A stretch of DNA of 19,346 bases from Planctomycetota bacterium (GTDB taxonomy: Bacteria; Planctomycetota; GCA-002687715; DRQF01), in NCBI GenBank assembly GCA_027001995.1, contig JALTLO010000070.1, positions 1-19,346 of the forward strand, in the 5' to 3' direction. Shown here piece by piece: positions 17,396 through 19,346 of the stretch (the first letter of the stretch is position 1; the number at the start of each line of letters is the position of its first letter). The translations under genes and the position numbers were made by a program. The notes beneath the pieces were generated by a model that worked only from the letters and a program-made list of their open reading frames with translations, had not been told where the DNA came from and ran no database searches.

Positions 17396-19321
17396 TTACA
17401 TGTTGCGGCGATATTGGCCACCAACGGCATAGAGTGCCCCTGATATCTGACCAAGGGTGCACACCTTGCACGCTTCCATCATTTCTTCGAAGACGTTGCC
17501 ATTCTGGATGGCTTTTTGGCGTAAGGCGTTCAGAGCAACAGTGGCAACTTCCTGGTTGCGCTCCTGAAATTTGATTCGGGCAGCGACGGCGTATTCTTTT
17601 TCAATATCCGTTGCTCGAATCACCTCTTCAGGAGTGATCGTCGGAGAACCTTGGCTATTGAGAAAAGTATTCACCCCAATGATCGGAAGGGTGCCATCGT
17701 GTTTCTGTGATTCGTAGAAGAGAGATTCTTCTTGAATCTTGCTCCTCTGGTACATGCGCTCCATGGCCCCCAAAACACCGCCTCGTTCGGATAAGCTGTG
17801 GAATTCATCTAAGACAGCTTTCTCGACCAATTCAGTGAGCTCTTCGATAATGAAGGAGCCTTGGGTGGGATTTTCGTTCTTCGCCAAACCTAGTTCTTTG
17901 TTGATGATGAGCTGAATCGCCATGGCCCGGCGAACGCTTTCTTCCGTTGGTGTGGTAATCGCCTCGTCGTAGGCGTTTGTGTGCAAAGAATTACAGTTGT
18001 CATTGAGAGCATAGAGAGCTTGCAGGGTGGTACGAATATCGTTGAAGTCGATCTCTTGAGCATGCAAGGAGCGACCGGATGTTTGAATGTGGTACTTCAA
18101 TTTTTGGGAACGTTCATTGCCACCATATTTGTACTTCATCGCTTTGGCCCAAATGAGGCGAGCGACCCGGCCAATGACGGAGTACTCAGCGTCCAGACCA
18201 TTGGAGAAGAAGAAACTTAAGTTGGCAGCGAAGTCGTCGATCTTCATTCCACGAGAAAGGTAGTATTCTACGAAAGTGAATCCGTTGGCCAGTGTGAAAG
18301 CTAACTGGGTGATTGGGTTCGAGCCGGCTTCTGCGATGTGGTAGCCAGAGATGGACACGGAATAGAAGTTTCTAATGCCATTGTCGATGAAGTACTCTTG
18401 AATGTCGCCCATCACCCGCAGAGCAAATTCCGTTGAGAAAATGCAGGTATTCTGGGCCTGATCTTCTTTGAGAATGTCAGCCTGGACTGTCCCTCGCACT
18501 TGCCGAATCGCGTCATGTTTGATCTTGGCATAGACATCTGGAGGGAGGACCTGATCTCCCGAGACACCCAGGAGCATCAGACCTAAGCCATCGTTTCCTG
18601 GTGGAAGATCACCTTGGTATTGGGGGCGGAGTTCACTTCTGCCTTCGTAGATGGCCGCGATCTTTTTTTCCACCTCTTCTTCCAGGCCATGTTCAACAAT
18701 GTACTTCTCACAGCACTGGTCGATGGCCGCATTCATGAAGAAGCCAAGGAGCATGGGAGCCGGACCATTGATGGTCATGGAGACTGAAGTCTTCGGGGAA
18801 GTGAGATCAAAACCGGAGTAGAGTTTCTTTGCATCGTCAACCGTGCAGATGGAAACACCAGAGTTGCCGACTTTGCCGTAGATGTCTGGTCTCGGATCAG
18901 GGTCTTCACCGTAGAGTGTGACCGAATCAAATGCCGTCGAAAGGCGTTTGGCTGGCATTCCAGCGGAAACGTAGTGGAAGCGTCGGTTTGTGCGTTCTGG
19001 TCCCCCTTCTCCGGCGAACATGCGAGCTGGGTCTTCTCCTTCGCGCTTCAGAGGAAAAACACCGGCGGCGAAAGGAAAGAAGCCTGGCACGTTTTCAGCA
19101 AGCTGCCAGCGGAGGATGTCGCCCCAATCTTTGTACTTGGGCAAGGAAATTTTGGGGATTTTTGATCCGGATAGGGAGGTGTGAAAGAGATCTTGTTTGA
19201 TCACCCGACCACGGACCTGAAATTCGTATTGATCAGCTCCGTAGCGTTTCACCAGATCTGGCCAATCACGCAGGAGTTTACGACTTTCTCCGTCAAGTGT
19301 TTCCTCTAAGTTGTTGTTAGG
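17396..19321 (-). pseudogene. icmF: C-terminal part (linker + mutase barrel) of fused isobutyryl-CoA mutase IcmF, apparently 5'-interrupted
   Basis: IcmF-type motifs [31 protein letters not shown] (Phe specificity residue), [38 protein letters not shown] and the terminal VGGQYRRNM. The frame is open up to 19321 ([27 protein letters not shown]) and closed upstream by an in-frame TGA at 19322-19324, so the B12-binding and GTPase domains are not in frame. The family call is strong; pseudogene status is less certain. Confidence 0.7.
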
Positions 19322-19346
19322 TCAAGTTGACCGTGAAATAAAAAGA
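19317..19346 (-). mobile_element. Possible end of an insertion sequence (or assembly junction) abutting icmF
   Basis: A different minus frame reads SFYFTVNLT* and ends at TAA 19317-19319, right where icmF coding sequence begins. It contains the palindrome GGTCAA-G-TTGACC (19320-19332). Only 30 nt are visible. Confidence 0.35.

Noticed and set aside
19316..19322. GTTAGGT/ACCTAAC as an integron attC core site
   Set aside because: Only a 7-nt match; no complementary partner site, cassette or integrase is visible.
1..19346. CRISPR array, tRNA/rRNA, cobalamin riboswitch, tandem repeats
   Set aside because: None recognised by eye. The mutase cluster leader, where a B12 riboswitch might sit, is outside the window; an Rfam scan would be decisive.

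Overview
Bacterial genomic window, almost all on the minus strand; the gene families suggest a Planctomycetota-like organism (inference only). From left to right: (1) the 5' part of an MMPL/RND-family transporter that runs off the left edge and is absent from the supplied ORF track; (2) a stand-alone receiver-domain protein; (3) a translationally coupled ABC / HlyD / lipoprotein-TolC export operon whose ABC domain lacks several catalytic residues, divergent from a small winged-HTH regulator, with two related operator-like boxes between them; (4) two signal-peptide proteins (a KP-43-like S8 subtilase and a lamin-tail + PKD protein) that share a homologous ~155-aa C-terminal domain and end at a strong intrinsic terminator; (5) a B12-dependent mutase cluster (icmF-like C-terminal part, mutA, mutB/scpA, meaB). 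The icmF-like frame is closed upstream by an in-frame stop at 19322-19324, where possible IS-end sequence begins. The best candidates for something undescribed are the shared C-terminal domain (putative sorting or anchoring signal) and the regulated export module with a degenerate ATPase.
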